Made by a program: the position numbers and the translations under genes. The notes beneath the pieces were generated by a model. It saw only the letters and a list, made by a program, of their open reading frames with translations, did no database searches and was not told the origin of the DNA. Of a stretch of 42,157 nt of DNA, positions 9,536 through 17,943 are shown piece after piece. Source of the stretch: Gemmatimonadota bacterium (GTDB taxonomy: Bacteria > Gemmatimonadota > Gemmatimonadetes > Gemmatimonadales > GWC2-71-9); assembly GCA_039586365.1 (NCBI GenBank), contig JBDHKN010000041.1, positions 1-42,157 on the forward strand. The letters are read 5' to 3'. Each line of letters starts with the position of its first letter. Position 1 is the stretch's first letter.

Positions 9536-10875
9536 GCCAGCTTGCCCTCCCGGACCGAACCGTCAAAGGGTCCATGCTGGATCTTCTCGTTCAGCAGGTA
9601 GACGAACAGAACGAACAACAAGAGGTAGATCAGTCCGAACAGGATCAGCGACGTGAGCACCTCATCTGCTGTTACGGAGGCTGACAGTGCGTCCGACGTC
9701 CTGAGGAGATGGTACACTATCCAGGGTTGTCGTCCCACTTCGGCGGACAACCAGCCCAATTGGTTCGCGAACTGTGGTCCCAACACAGAGAATACGAGCA
9801 CCCACAACAGCCAGCGCGTGCGGAACAGTCTGTTGCGCCACAGGTAGATCCCGCTCAGCACCGAGATCAAAATCAACAGCATTCCTATCCCGACCATGGC
9901 GTGATAGGACTGAAACACGATGTTGACTGGCGGCCGATCTTCCGGGGCGAACGCATTCAAACCGGTCACGGGAGCATTCATGTCGCCGTGAATCAACCAG
10001 CTGAGCATTCCCGGTACTTGAACGCCGTAGGTGCGCCCGGCGTCTTCATCGACCCATCCGATTACGTAGAGGGCCGCCGGCGCACTGGCCTCGAAGTGAG
10101 CTTCGTACGCCGCCAGTTTGGCCGGTTGATTCTCTGCAACCCCCTCCGCACTACTATGGCCGGTGATCAGCTGAAGCACCGACGCAACAATCGCGAGACT
10201 GAGCGCAATCTTGATCGACGCCTTGGCGAAATCGTGGTGTTTGTTCCTGAGCAAATAGAACGCGCTCACGCTGAGCACCAGGAACGCCCCCGCCTGCCAG
10301 CATCCCATGTAGACGTGGCTGATGCGGTCGAGAAACGACGGATTGAGCACGGCGTCCCAAAAGCTCGTCAGCTCGGCACGAAACCCGTTGCCATGTGCCA
10401 TCAGCTGGTAACCGGCGGGGGTTTGCTGCCACGAGTTTGCCACGACGATCCAGATGGCGCTGAAATGAGCGCCGAGGGCCACCATCACGGTGGAGAGGAA
10501 GTGAGTTCTGGGTTTTACCTTGTCCCAGCCAAACAGTAGGATCGCCAAGAAACCCGATTCGAGGAAGAACGCGAAGATGCCTTCCGCCGCCAGTGCGGCT
10601 CCGAATATGTCACCCACGTAGCGCGAATACGCTGCCCAGTTGGTGCCGAACTGAAACTCCATCACGATTCCAGTCGCCACGCCGAGCGCGAAGATCAGAC
10701 CAAACACCTTGACCCAGAATCGCGTCATTCGGTGATAGAGTTCTTCACCGGTCTTGAGGTAGGTCCCCTCCATAATCACCAGCAGTAGACCCAGCCCAAC
10801 GCTCATCGGCGGGAATATGTAGTGGAAGGCTATGGTGGCAGCAAACTGTATGCGTGACAGGATCTCTACGTCCAT
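9532..10875 (-). CDS. cydA: Cytochrome bd ubiquinol oxidase subunit I (short Q-loop type)
   Basis: [47 protein letters not shown] and EVGRQPW motifs; AGGAGG before ATG 10875. Confidence 0.97.
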   Translation of the reverse strand: MDVEILSRIQFAATIAFHYIFPPMSVGLGLLLVIMEGTYLKTGEELYHRMTRFWVKVFGLIFALGVATGIVMEFQFGTNWAAYSRYVGDIFGAALAAEGIFAFFLESGFLAILLFGWDKVKPRTHFLSTVMVALGAHFSAIWIVVANSWQQTPAGYQLMAHGNGFRAELTSFWDAVLNPSFLDRISHVYMGCWQAGAFLVLSVSAFYLLRNKHHDFAKASIKIALSLAIVASVLQLITGHSSAEGVAENQPAKLAAYEAHFEASAPAALYVIGWVDEDAGRTYGVQVPGMLSWLIHGDMNAPVTGLNAFAPEDRPPVNIVFQSYHAMVGIGMLLILISVLSGIYLWRNRLFRTRWLLWVLVFSVLGPQFANQLGWLSAEVGRQPWIVYHLLRTSDALSASVTADEVLTSLILFGLIYLLLFVLFVYLLNEKIQHGPFDGSVREGKLA

Positions 10876-11060
10876 CAAGGACCTCCTGTGCAGATCAGCA
10901 ACCAGCGGCCGGCGGCCAGCAATAGTGAACCGAAGTTAGTGAGACAATCCGCAATCTCAAATTGCTAGTATGCAATCATGCCGTTCCTTTCCTTTACCCT
11001 GGCGCGTGCGGCGTTGCGGCTACATCTTGCCGTCCATCCTCACCTCCAGGATGATTCACC

Positions 11061-14000
11061 GTGCCAATGATGATTCGGTTCACCATCTCTCTCACTCTCG
11101 CGCTCGCTCTGCTGTACACCGCGTCCACAGCTCAGACCGCGCGCATCTTGGAGCAGACGCGAATCATAACGACCTATCCGTTCTCCGAGCCCAATCCGAT
11201 ACCGATACTGACGCGTGATGCCCGGCTGTATCCCTACCATTCCTTTGAGGGATACGCGAAAGACGGGGTACCACGCGAGTGGAAGGTGGTTCACCTCGAG
11301 AACGATCTCATAGAGGTCTTCGTGCTGCCCGAAGTGGGTGGGAAAGTGTGGGGAGCCGTCGTGAAGCAGACGGGCCATGAGTTCATCTATCGCAACGAGG
11401 TGATGAAGTTCCGGAACATCGCGTTGCGTGGTCCGTGGACGTCGGGTGGCATCGAGTTCAACTTCGGCGTGATCGGCCACACACCCTCCACCGCGACTCC
11501 GGTCGATTACGTGCTGCGCGAGAATCCCGATGGGAGTGTGAGCTGTGTCGTGGGGGCGATGGACCTCCCTTCCCGCACCCACTGGCGGGTCGAGATCCGC
11601 CTGCCCGCTGACCGCGCCTATTTCGAGACCAACGTCTTGTGGTACAATCCTACACCGCTCGAGCAACCCTATTACAACTGGATGACCGCGGCCGCGTTCG
11701 CGCGCGACGATCTGGAGATGTCGATACCGGGGAACGCATACTTGACGCATCCAGGAGCCAGCCGACCGTGGCCCCTCGACGCCACCGGCCGGTACCTGCC
11801 AGCGTATGGCAACAACCGGTTTGCCGGACACAAGTCCTACCACGTGGTGGGCGAACTGAACGACTTCTTCGGTGGCTACTATCACGCCGACGACTATGGT
11901 TTCGGTCACTGGTCGCGCTACGAAGAGATGCCGGGTCAGAAGCTCTGGCTCTGGGCGCTTTCGCCCGAAGGGGGCGTGTGGGAAGACCTGCTCACTGATA
12001 CCGATGGGCAGTATGTCGAATTTCAGGCCGGGCGACTGTTGGTACAGTACTCGCCGGGCGCAGACGTGAATCCGATCACGCAGGCGGGGTTCGATCCCGG
12101 CGCGGGTGACCGCTGGTCCGAGACGTGGTTCCCGCTCGAGGGGATCGGTGGACTGACAGACGCCTCGCGGGACGGGGCCATGTACGTGACCCGCGAAAAT
12201 GGGCAGTTGAGGGTCAGCATCAACGCGTTCGGCAATCTCGTCGACACCCTGCGAGTGTCGTCCAACTCCCGCGTGCTGGCGTCGATCCCGCTGGAGTTCT
12301 CGGCACTGGAACCGGTCGAACGCGTTGTGGATCTCGCTGGTGCTAGCGTCTTCCGGGTGGAGCTGCGGTCACTCGGGCTGGATTACACACCGGACCCCAG
12401 TACGCGCGAACTGGCCCGTCCGTTTGAGCAAGATCCAACTGCACGGGAGCAGATCCCGGGCGCAGATCAGCTGGTGTTCGAGGGACGCGAGCTAGCGAAA
12501 GGCCGACGTTACCACGACGCCGGCAAGATGTTCGAGGCGGCGCTGGCCGAAGGGCCGTGGCATCGTGAGGCGTTGCTCGGGCTCGCTGATCTGGAGTACC
12601 GCCGCGGGCTGTACGAGTCGGGACTTGCTCACGTGACCCGAGTACTCCAGCTCGATGCGTACGACGACGCCGCGAACTTCGTGGCGGGCAACTTGTACCG
12701 GGCGCTGGCTCGCACGACCGACGCACGCGAGGCATACGGCTGGGCGGCCCGCGCCATGGCCTATCGGTCCGCGGCCTACGTGCAACTCGCGGAACTAATG
12801 CTCGCTGCCGGCGACTATTTGGAGACTGTACGCTACGCCCGGCTCGCACTCGACTACGACCGCTACAACATCTCCGCGCGACAGGTGCTCGCCATGGTGG
12901 CCCGTAGAAGGGGAGATGCGGCGCTGGCTGCATCGCTGCGCGACCAGCTGCTGGAACTCGATCCGCTACATCACTTCGTGCTGGCGGAGGTCTATCTCAC
13001 GAAGCCCGATGAATCGTCCGCGAGCGACGTGACCACAGCATTGCGGAGCGAGTACCCGAACCAGACGATCTTGGAGCTGGCCGTCGACTATGTCCGCCGG
13101 GGAGCGCCCGACGATGCTCGGCGGCTGCTGCGGCTGGGGACCGACGTCACGGCGAATCCACTCGTGCAGGCGTGGCTGGCGTGGCTCGACGACGATCCAA
13201 CGCAGTTGCCCCAAGGCGCGGATCTGGCGTTTGCGTTTCCCTTCCGGCGGGAGACCATCCCGGTGCTCGAATGGGTCGTACAACACGACGACCACTGGTC
13301 GTGGTCTTACCTGCTTGCGCTCAATCTCTGGGCGCGGGACCGCGCCACCGAGGCGGCGTCACTGTTGGAGGCGGTAGGTGACACAGCCGATTTCGCACCC
13401 CTGTACGTGACGCGCGCTCACCTACTGGAGCAGGTTCATGGACGGGACCCGGAGACGGACCTGCGTCGGGCCGTACAACTCGACGGTGCCAACCGTACCA
13501 TTCACATTCAACTGATTCGATACCTGCAGGATCGCGGGCGGTGGGAGGACGCGCTGGTCGAGTCTAGTGCAGGCCAGTCGCTGTTCCGGAGTGATTTCAA
13601 TCTCGATCTGCTGCACGTGCGATCCCTGCTTCAACTCGATCGGCCGCGCGAGGCAATCGATATCTTGAATGCCACGCACGTCCTTCCGTCTGAGAACGCG
13701 CGCGAAAGCCATCTACTGTACGAGCAGGCGCACACTCTCGCCGCGCTCGACGCGATGGAAAGTGGCGCGTCTGCTGAAGCGCGACGGCACCTGCGAGTTG
13801 CCCTCGAGTGGCCTGAGCACCTGGGGCAGGGCAGGCCGTACGATCCGGAGGAGCGGCTGGTGCAGTACCTACTGGGTACTGTAGAGCAGCGACTCGGTGA
13901 ACCTGATCGGGCGCGTGAGGCATTCGAGGCGGTGGTCGCAGCCACCGGTCGGACGGGTGTGAGTGCGGATCGACTTGATCTGCTAGCAATACCGTCGTTG

Positions 14001-14225
14001 GCTGCGCTGGGGCGGACTGATGCACTGCGCGAGATCTGGAGCGATACGGGAACAGCTGTGGGGCGCTTCGCGAGCGGTCTGATCCGCGCCATGGAGAACG
14101 GTGAAGATGTCGGTGAAGTCGTTGCGCGACTAGCTCTTGAACACTCCACTTTGTTCGACGATCTCGAGGGTCGCATGCTGCTGCGAGCGTTGATGGCCGC
14201 GGATTCACCGGGAGAGGGCATATGA
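11061..14225 (+). CDS. Exported DUF5107 domain plus tetratricopeptide-repeat protein
   Basis: Signal peptide; YPY..., LENDLIEVFVLPEVGGK, SGGIEFN, GQKLWLW and YVEFQAG motifs, then many TPR-like helical repeats. The start may be ATG 11067 or 11070. Confidence 0.8.
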   Translation: MPMMIRFTISLTLALALLYTASTAQTARILEQTRIITTYPFSEPNPIPILTRDARLYPYHSFEGYAKDGVPREWKVVHLENDLIEVFVLPEVGGKVWGAVVKQTGHEFIYRNEVMKFRNIALRGPWTSGGIEFNFGVIGHTPSTATPVDYVLRENPDGSVSCVVGAMDLPSRTHWRVEIRLPADRAYFETNVLWYNPTPLEQPYYNWMTAAAFARDDLEMSIPGNAYLTHPGASRPWPLDATGRYLPAYGNNRFAGHKSYHVVGELNDFFGGYYHADDYGFGHWSRYEEMPGQKLWLWALSPEGGVWEDLLTDTDGQYVEFQAGRLLVQYSPGADVNPITQAGFDPGAGDRWSETWFPLEGIGGLTDASRDGAMYVTRENGQLRVSINAFGNLVDTLRVSSNSRVLASIPLEFSALEPVERVVDLAGASVFRVELRSLGLDYTPDPSTRELARPFEQDPTAREQIPGADQLVFEGRELAKGRRYHDAGKMFEAALAEGPWHREALLGLADLEYRRGLYESGLAHVTRVLQLDAYDDAANFVAGNLYRALARTTDAREAYGWAARAMAYRSAAYVQLAELMLAAGDYLETVRYARLALDYDRYNISARQVLAMVARRRGDAALAASLRDQLLELDPLHHFVLAEVYLTKPDESSASDVTTALRSEYPNQTILELAVDYVRRGAPDDARRLLRLGTDVTANPLVQAWLAWLDDDPTQLPQGADLAFAFPFRRETIPVLEWVVQHDDHWSWSYLLALNLWARDRATEAASLLEAVGDTADFAPLYVTRAHLLEQVHGRDPETDLRRAVQLDGANRTIHIQLIRYLQDRGRWEDALVESSAGQSLFRSDFNLDLLHVRSLLQLDRPREAIDILNATHVLPSENARESHLLYEQAHTLAALDAMESGASAEARRHLRVALEWPEHLGQGRPYDPEERLVQYLLGTVEQRLGEPDRAREAFEAVVAATGRTGVSADRLDLLAIPSLAALGRTDALREIWSDTGTAVGRFASGLIRAMENGEDVGEVVARLALEHSTLFDDLEGRMLLRALMAADSPGEGI

Positions 14226-17200
14226 GCGGCAGACATATCCTAGCAGCCACGCTGCTGCTGACTGCGTGCGCCGAGCGAGTAGGGTCGGGTGAGCTGTACC
14301 GGGCGCCGGAAATCCCTAACGTCATCGATGGCGTTGCGTTCGAGGCAGGGAATTGGGAACCACACCTGGCAGCAGGTGCGGTCGGGCGATCATGGGGCAA
14401 CCATCGGGCCGTGGTGGTGCTCGACAGTGCCAGTGGTGTGGCGGTGCTGGTCACCATCCCCTGGCGGCGGCACGATCGGGATCCAGCCGCAAAGTCTATC
14501 GTGGTGGTCGATGCGGCGTCCAACCAGCCCGTATTGAACGCCGTTGCACTGCGGGTGGAGAACGTGTCCGGCGACGTGGCGTTCCAGCCGAATCCGGGAT
14601 CGTTGACCTATTACGTCTATTACATGCCCTGGGAGTCCACCGGCGGCTACTATCCGCGCGTCAGTTATCCCCCGGTCGCAGCGGAGACCGACGCTGCTTG
14701 GGAACGGCGCGCGCGGGCAGCATCGCTGGCGGAGTTGCCTCGGGCGCGGACCACCCACATTCAATCGGTCGACGCATTCCATAGTTTCTTCCCCATGGAG
14801 CTGATCGCGAGCGAATCCGAGACCGCTGGCTTCATGTCGGAGGCTGCGGACGGCTGGGCTCTGGTGCCGGAACATCGCGACTACCCCGTGCGGATGCGTG
14901 ACTTCCTGCCTTACCATTGGACTCAACACGAGATCTCCAGCGAGTTCACCGGTCGGGCTCTGCGGGGAGAGTACTTCACGTTTCAACTGGCGGTGGTCGC
15001 CGGTGCGGACACGCTGCGAGATGTTCACGCCAGCTTCGCTGTCTTCCCTGAGTCATTCGCCGAGACGCTCACCTGCTTCAACTGCGGCGGGATCAACGAG
15101 AAAGGCGAATCGTTCGTGACCGACCTGTCGGTGCCGGCCGGGATGGTGCAACCGCTGTGGATCGGGGTACAGGTACCGGCAGACCAACGACCCGGCACAT
15201 ACTCGGGTAACGTGACGGTGTCGACAGCCGACCGGGGGAGCAAGACGGTACGCGTCACGCTGGACGTGCAACCGGGTAGCGCCGTCAACCACGGTTTCGA
15301 TTTGCCCGAGTTGATGACTCGGCTTGCGTGGTTGAACTCCACGGTCGGTACCGATCCCGATTTCGTTATCGGGCCATACCAACCGGTGCGCGTAGACGGG
15401 CATTCACTTTCCATCCTCGGTCGTACGGTGGAGTTGGGTGAGTCGGGGCTGCCGGAGCAGTTGCTCAGCTACTTCAGTCCCGAGCTGACTCATCTGCTCG
15501 ATGAGCCGCAGCCGGTGCTCACCAGGCCGATTGATCTCGCGATTGTCGTTGGCGGCCGCCCGGAGCAGCTCGGACCCCCAGCAACCTATGAGGTGCGGCA
15601 GGAAGCACGCGGCAGGGCAGAGTGGTCGACTGATCGTCAATCCGAACGGTTTGCCGTGCGGGCAGAGGGGGCGCTGGAGTATGACGGCATGCTCGACTAC
15701 CGGATAACCGTGCAGGCGCTGCAAGACATCGACGTGGACGACATTGCGCTGCCGTTGTCGCTGGAGCCGGACGCCGCCGAGTACATGCTGGGGCTGGGGT
15801 TCCGGGGGGGGAAGCGGCCCGAGCGCGTAGACTGGAAGTGGCGGATAGAGAATCATCAGGAGGGTGTGTGGCTCGGTGGAGTGCACAAGGGACTGCAGTA
15901 CGTGTTGCGCGACGACGCGTATGTCCGCCCCCTCAACACAAATTTCTACCAGAACCAGCCGCTCAGGCTGCCAGCGTCCTGGTTCAACGAGGGGCGGGGC
16001 GGCATTCGCATCGAGACGGGGGCAAGCGACGTCACCGCGCTTAATTACTCCGGCGCGAGACGTATGATTGCCGGTGACACGCTGCAGTTCAACATCCGGT
16101 TTCTACTCACCCCGTTCAAGCCGATCGACACGGGCGCACACTTCCGCACGCGTTTCGTGCACCGCTATGTGCCTGTCGATTCCGTAGTGGAGTGGGGCGG
16201 GACGGTGGTGAACATCCACCATGCGAACGAGATCAATCCGTACATCAACTACCCGTTTTTCAACCTGGATTTGCTGGCGGCGTACATCGAAGAAGCCCAC
16301 GCGAAGGGCATCAAGGTCAAGCTCTACAACACCATTCGCGAACTGAGCTATCGCGCCCACGAACTATTCGCCCTGCGCAGTCTCGGCGACGAGATCCTGA
16401 ACGATGGCGAGGGCGGGGGCCACTCGTGGATGCAGGAACATCTCGAGACCAAGTACCACTCGGCGTGGCACGCCTGGCGTGTCGATGATGCGGCCATGCT
16501 CAACAAGGGCACCTCGCGCTGGACCAACTACTACATCGAGGGCCTATCCTGGCTTGCCGCTAACCAACACATCGACGGTTTGTATCTCGACGACATCGCT
16601 TTCAGTCGTGAGACAGTGAAGCGCATGATCTCCGTTTTGCACGAGCAGCGCGACGAGGTCGTCATCGATCTTCATTCGGCCAATCAGTTCAATCCGCGTG
16701 ACGGCCACATCAACAGCGCCATGTTGTACATGGAGCACTTTCCGTTCATCTCGCGGCTCTGGTTCGGAGAATACTTCGAGTATGACCGGGACCAGGATTA
16801 CTGGCTGACCGAGGTATCAGGCCTGCCGTTCGGTTTGATGGGGGAGATGCTGCAGGACGGTGGTCACCCGTACCGCGGCCTGCTGTACGGCATGACGGCC
16901 CGCATATACGGTGACGTGGATCCGCGTCCCGTGTGGCGAATGATGAATGAGTTTGGTATCGCGGAGAGCCGGATGTTGGGTTACTGGCTGCGCGATGCGC
17001 CAGTGACGACCAACAATCCCCGGATCCTCGCCACCAGCTACGTGCGACCCGACGGCGTGCTGATTGCGCTCGCATCGTGGTCGAATGAAGACGAGACCGT
17101 GAGCTTGACACTGGATCCGGCAACATTGGGCGAGATTTCGGGTCTCAGCGCCCACGCCCCGGCCGTCGACGGCCTCCAGGCCGCCGCCGAAGTTGACCTG

Positions 17201-17284
17201 TCGCACGTAGTGGTACCGGCCAATCAGGGACTGTTCGTGATCGTAGGGCCGCAGTTGGGCGCCCCAAGGCCGGATGTCCGCTGA
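14222..17284 (+). CDS. DUF6067-like (GH123-like N-terminal domain) putative glycoside hydrolase, lipoprotein
   Basis: Lipobox LTAC; motifs WGNHRA, RLAWLNST, LEYDG, NIHHANEINPYINYPF and IDGLYLDD; ATGA overlap with the upstream gene. Confidence 0.75.
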   Translation: MSGRHILAATLLLTACAERVGSGELYRAPEIPNVIDGVAFEAGNWEPHLAAGAVGRSWGNHRAVVVLDSASGVAVLVTIPWRRHDRDPAAKSIVVVDAASNQPVLNAVALRVENVSGDVAFQPNPGSLTYYVYYMPWESTGGYYPRVSYPPVAAETDAAWERRARAASLAELPRARTTHIQSVDAFHSFFPMELIASESETAGFMSEAADGWALVPEHRDYPVRMRDFLPYHWTQHEISSEFTGRALRGEYFTFQLAVVAGADTLRDVHASFAVFPESFAETLTCFNCGGINEKGESFVTDLSVPAGMVQPLWIGVQVPADQRPGTYSGNVTVSTADRGSKTVRVTLDVQPGSAVNHGFDLPELMTRLAWLNSTVGTDPDFVIGPYQPVRVDGHSLSILGRTVELGESGLPEQLLSYFSPELTHLLDEPQPVLTRPIDLAIVVGGRPEQLGPPATYEVRQEARGRAEWSTDRQSERFAVRAEGALEYDGMLDYRITVQALQDIDVDDIALPLSLEPDAAEYMLGLGFRGGKRPERVDWKWRIENHQEGVWLGGVHKGLQYVLRDDAYVRPLNTNFYQNQPLRLPASWFNEGRGGIRIETGASDVTALNYSGARRMIAGDTLQFNIRFLLTPFKPIDTGAHFRTRFVHRYVPVDSVVEWGGTVVNIHHANEINPYINYPFFNLDLLAAYIEEAHAKGIKVKLYNTIRELSYRAHELFALRSLGDEILNDGEGGGHSWMQEHLETKYHSAWHAWRVDDAAMLNKGTSRWTNYYIEGLSWLAANQHIDGLYLDDIAFSRETVKRMISVLHEQRDEVVIDLHSANQFNPRDGHINSAMLYMEHFPFISRLWFGEYFEYDRDQDYWLTEVSGLPFGLMGEMLQDGGHPYRGLLYGMTARIYGDVDPRPVWRMMNEFGIAESRMLGYWLRDAPVTTNNPRILATSYVRPDGVLIALASWSNEDETVSLTLDPATLGEISGLSAHAPAVDGLQAAAEVDLSHVVVPANQGLFVIVGPQLGAPRPDVR

Positions 17285-17557
17285 TGCGCACCGAAGTTCC
17301 GGCAGCCGAGCCGCCGCGGCTGTTCAGGAACCGGCCTCGCGCCACCGTGACACCTGCCGTCCTTATCCTCTGGAGCTGGCGGGTAGACCGACGTTGCGGT
17401 GGGAAAGCCGGCCGCAGACTACATCTGAGACCACCGCTCGGCTAGCGCTCATCGCAAGTGAGCAGGTACCGAGTTCGCTCCGACAGCCAGTGTTCGCGCA
17501 GTTAAGCAACCCTGTCTGCTGAAACCCGATTCCCAGTCGTCACGTAGGAGAACGTGT

Positions 17558-17596
17558 GAGTCTACTCAATAGACTCGGAGCCTATCATCTAGACTT
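17558..17596 (+). promoter_or_regulatory. Tandem inverted-repeat operators upstream of padR copy 1
   Basis: Perfect GAGTCTA-N5-TAGACTC (17558-17576) and a second copy GAGCCTA-N5-TAGACTT (17578-17596) at 20-bp period, ending 11 bp before the ATG. Confidence 0.7.
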
Positions 17597-17607
17597 GGGG
17601 ACACAAC

Positions 17608-17943
17608 ATGGCACGCAAGGCAGCACTTGGTGAGTTCGAGCAACTCGTGTTGCTGGCGATTCTCCGATTGCGACACGACGCCTACGGCCTGGGGATTCGG
17701 AAGGAACTAGAAAAAAGAGCTCACAGAACGGTGTCCCGCGGAGCCTTCTATGCCACGCTCGACCGGTTGGAGAACAAAGGGTTGGTCAAGTGGCGGGCGG
17801 TCCCACCGACCGGCTCGCGCGGCGGACTGCCGCAACGCCGCTTCGAGGTGACGTCGGCCGGCGTCCGAGCACTGCGGTCGTCGCGCGAGATTCTGTTGGG
17901 TATGTGGCAGGGACTCGATGCAGTCTTCGAGTTAGGCAAGTGA
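17608..17943 (+). CDS. PadR family transcriptional regulator
   Basis: LGEFEQLVLLA, AYG, YATLDRLENKGLV and RRFEVTSAG winged-helix motifs. Confidence 0.93.
   Translation: MARKAALGEFEQLVLLAILRLRHDAYGLGIRKELEKRAHRTVSRGAFYATLDRLENKGLVKWRAVPPTGSRGGLPQRRFEVTSAGVRALRSSREILLGMWQGLDAVFELGK

Noticed and set aside
17274..17522. 82-aa ORF between the glycoside hydrolase-like gene and padR; also short ORFs in 21789-22057
   Set aside because: No recognisable motif, RBS or protein-like composition.
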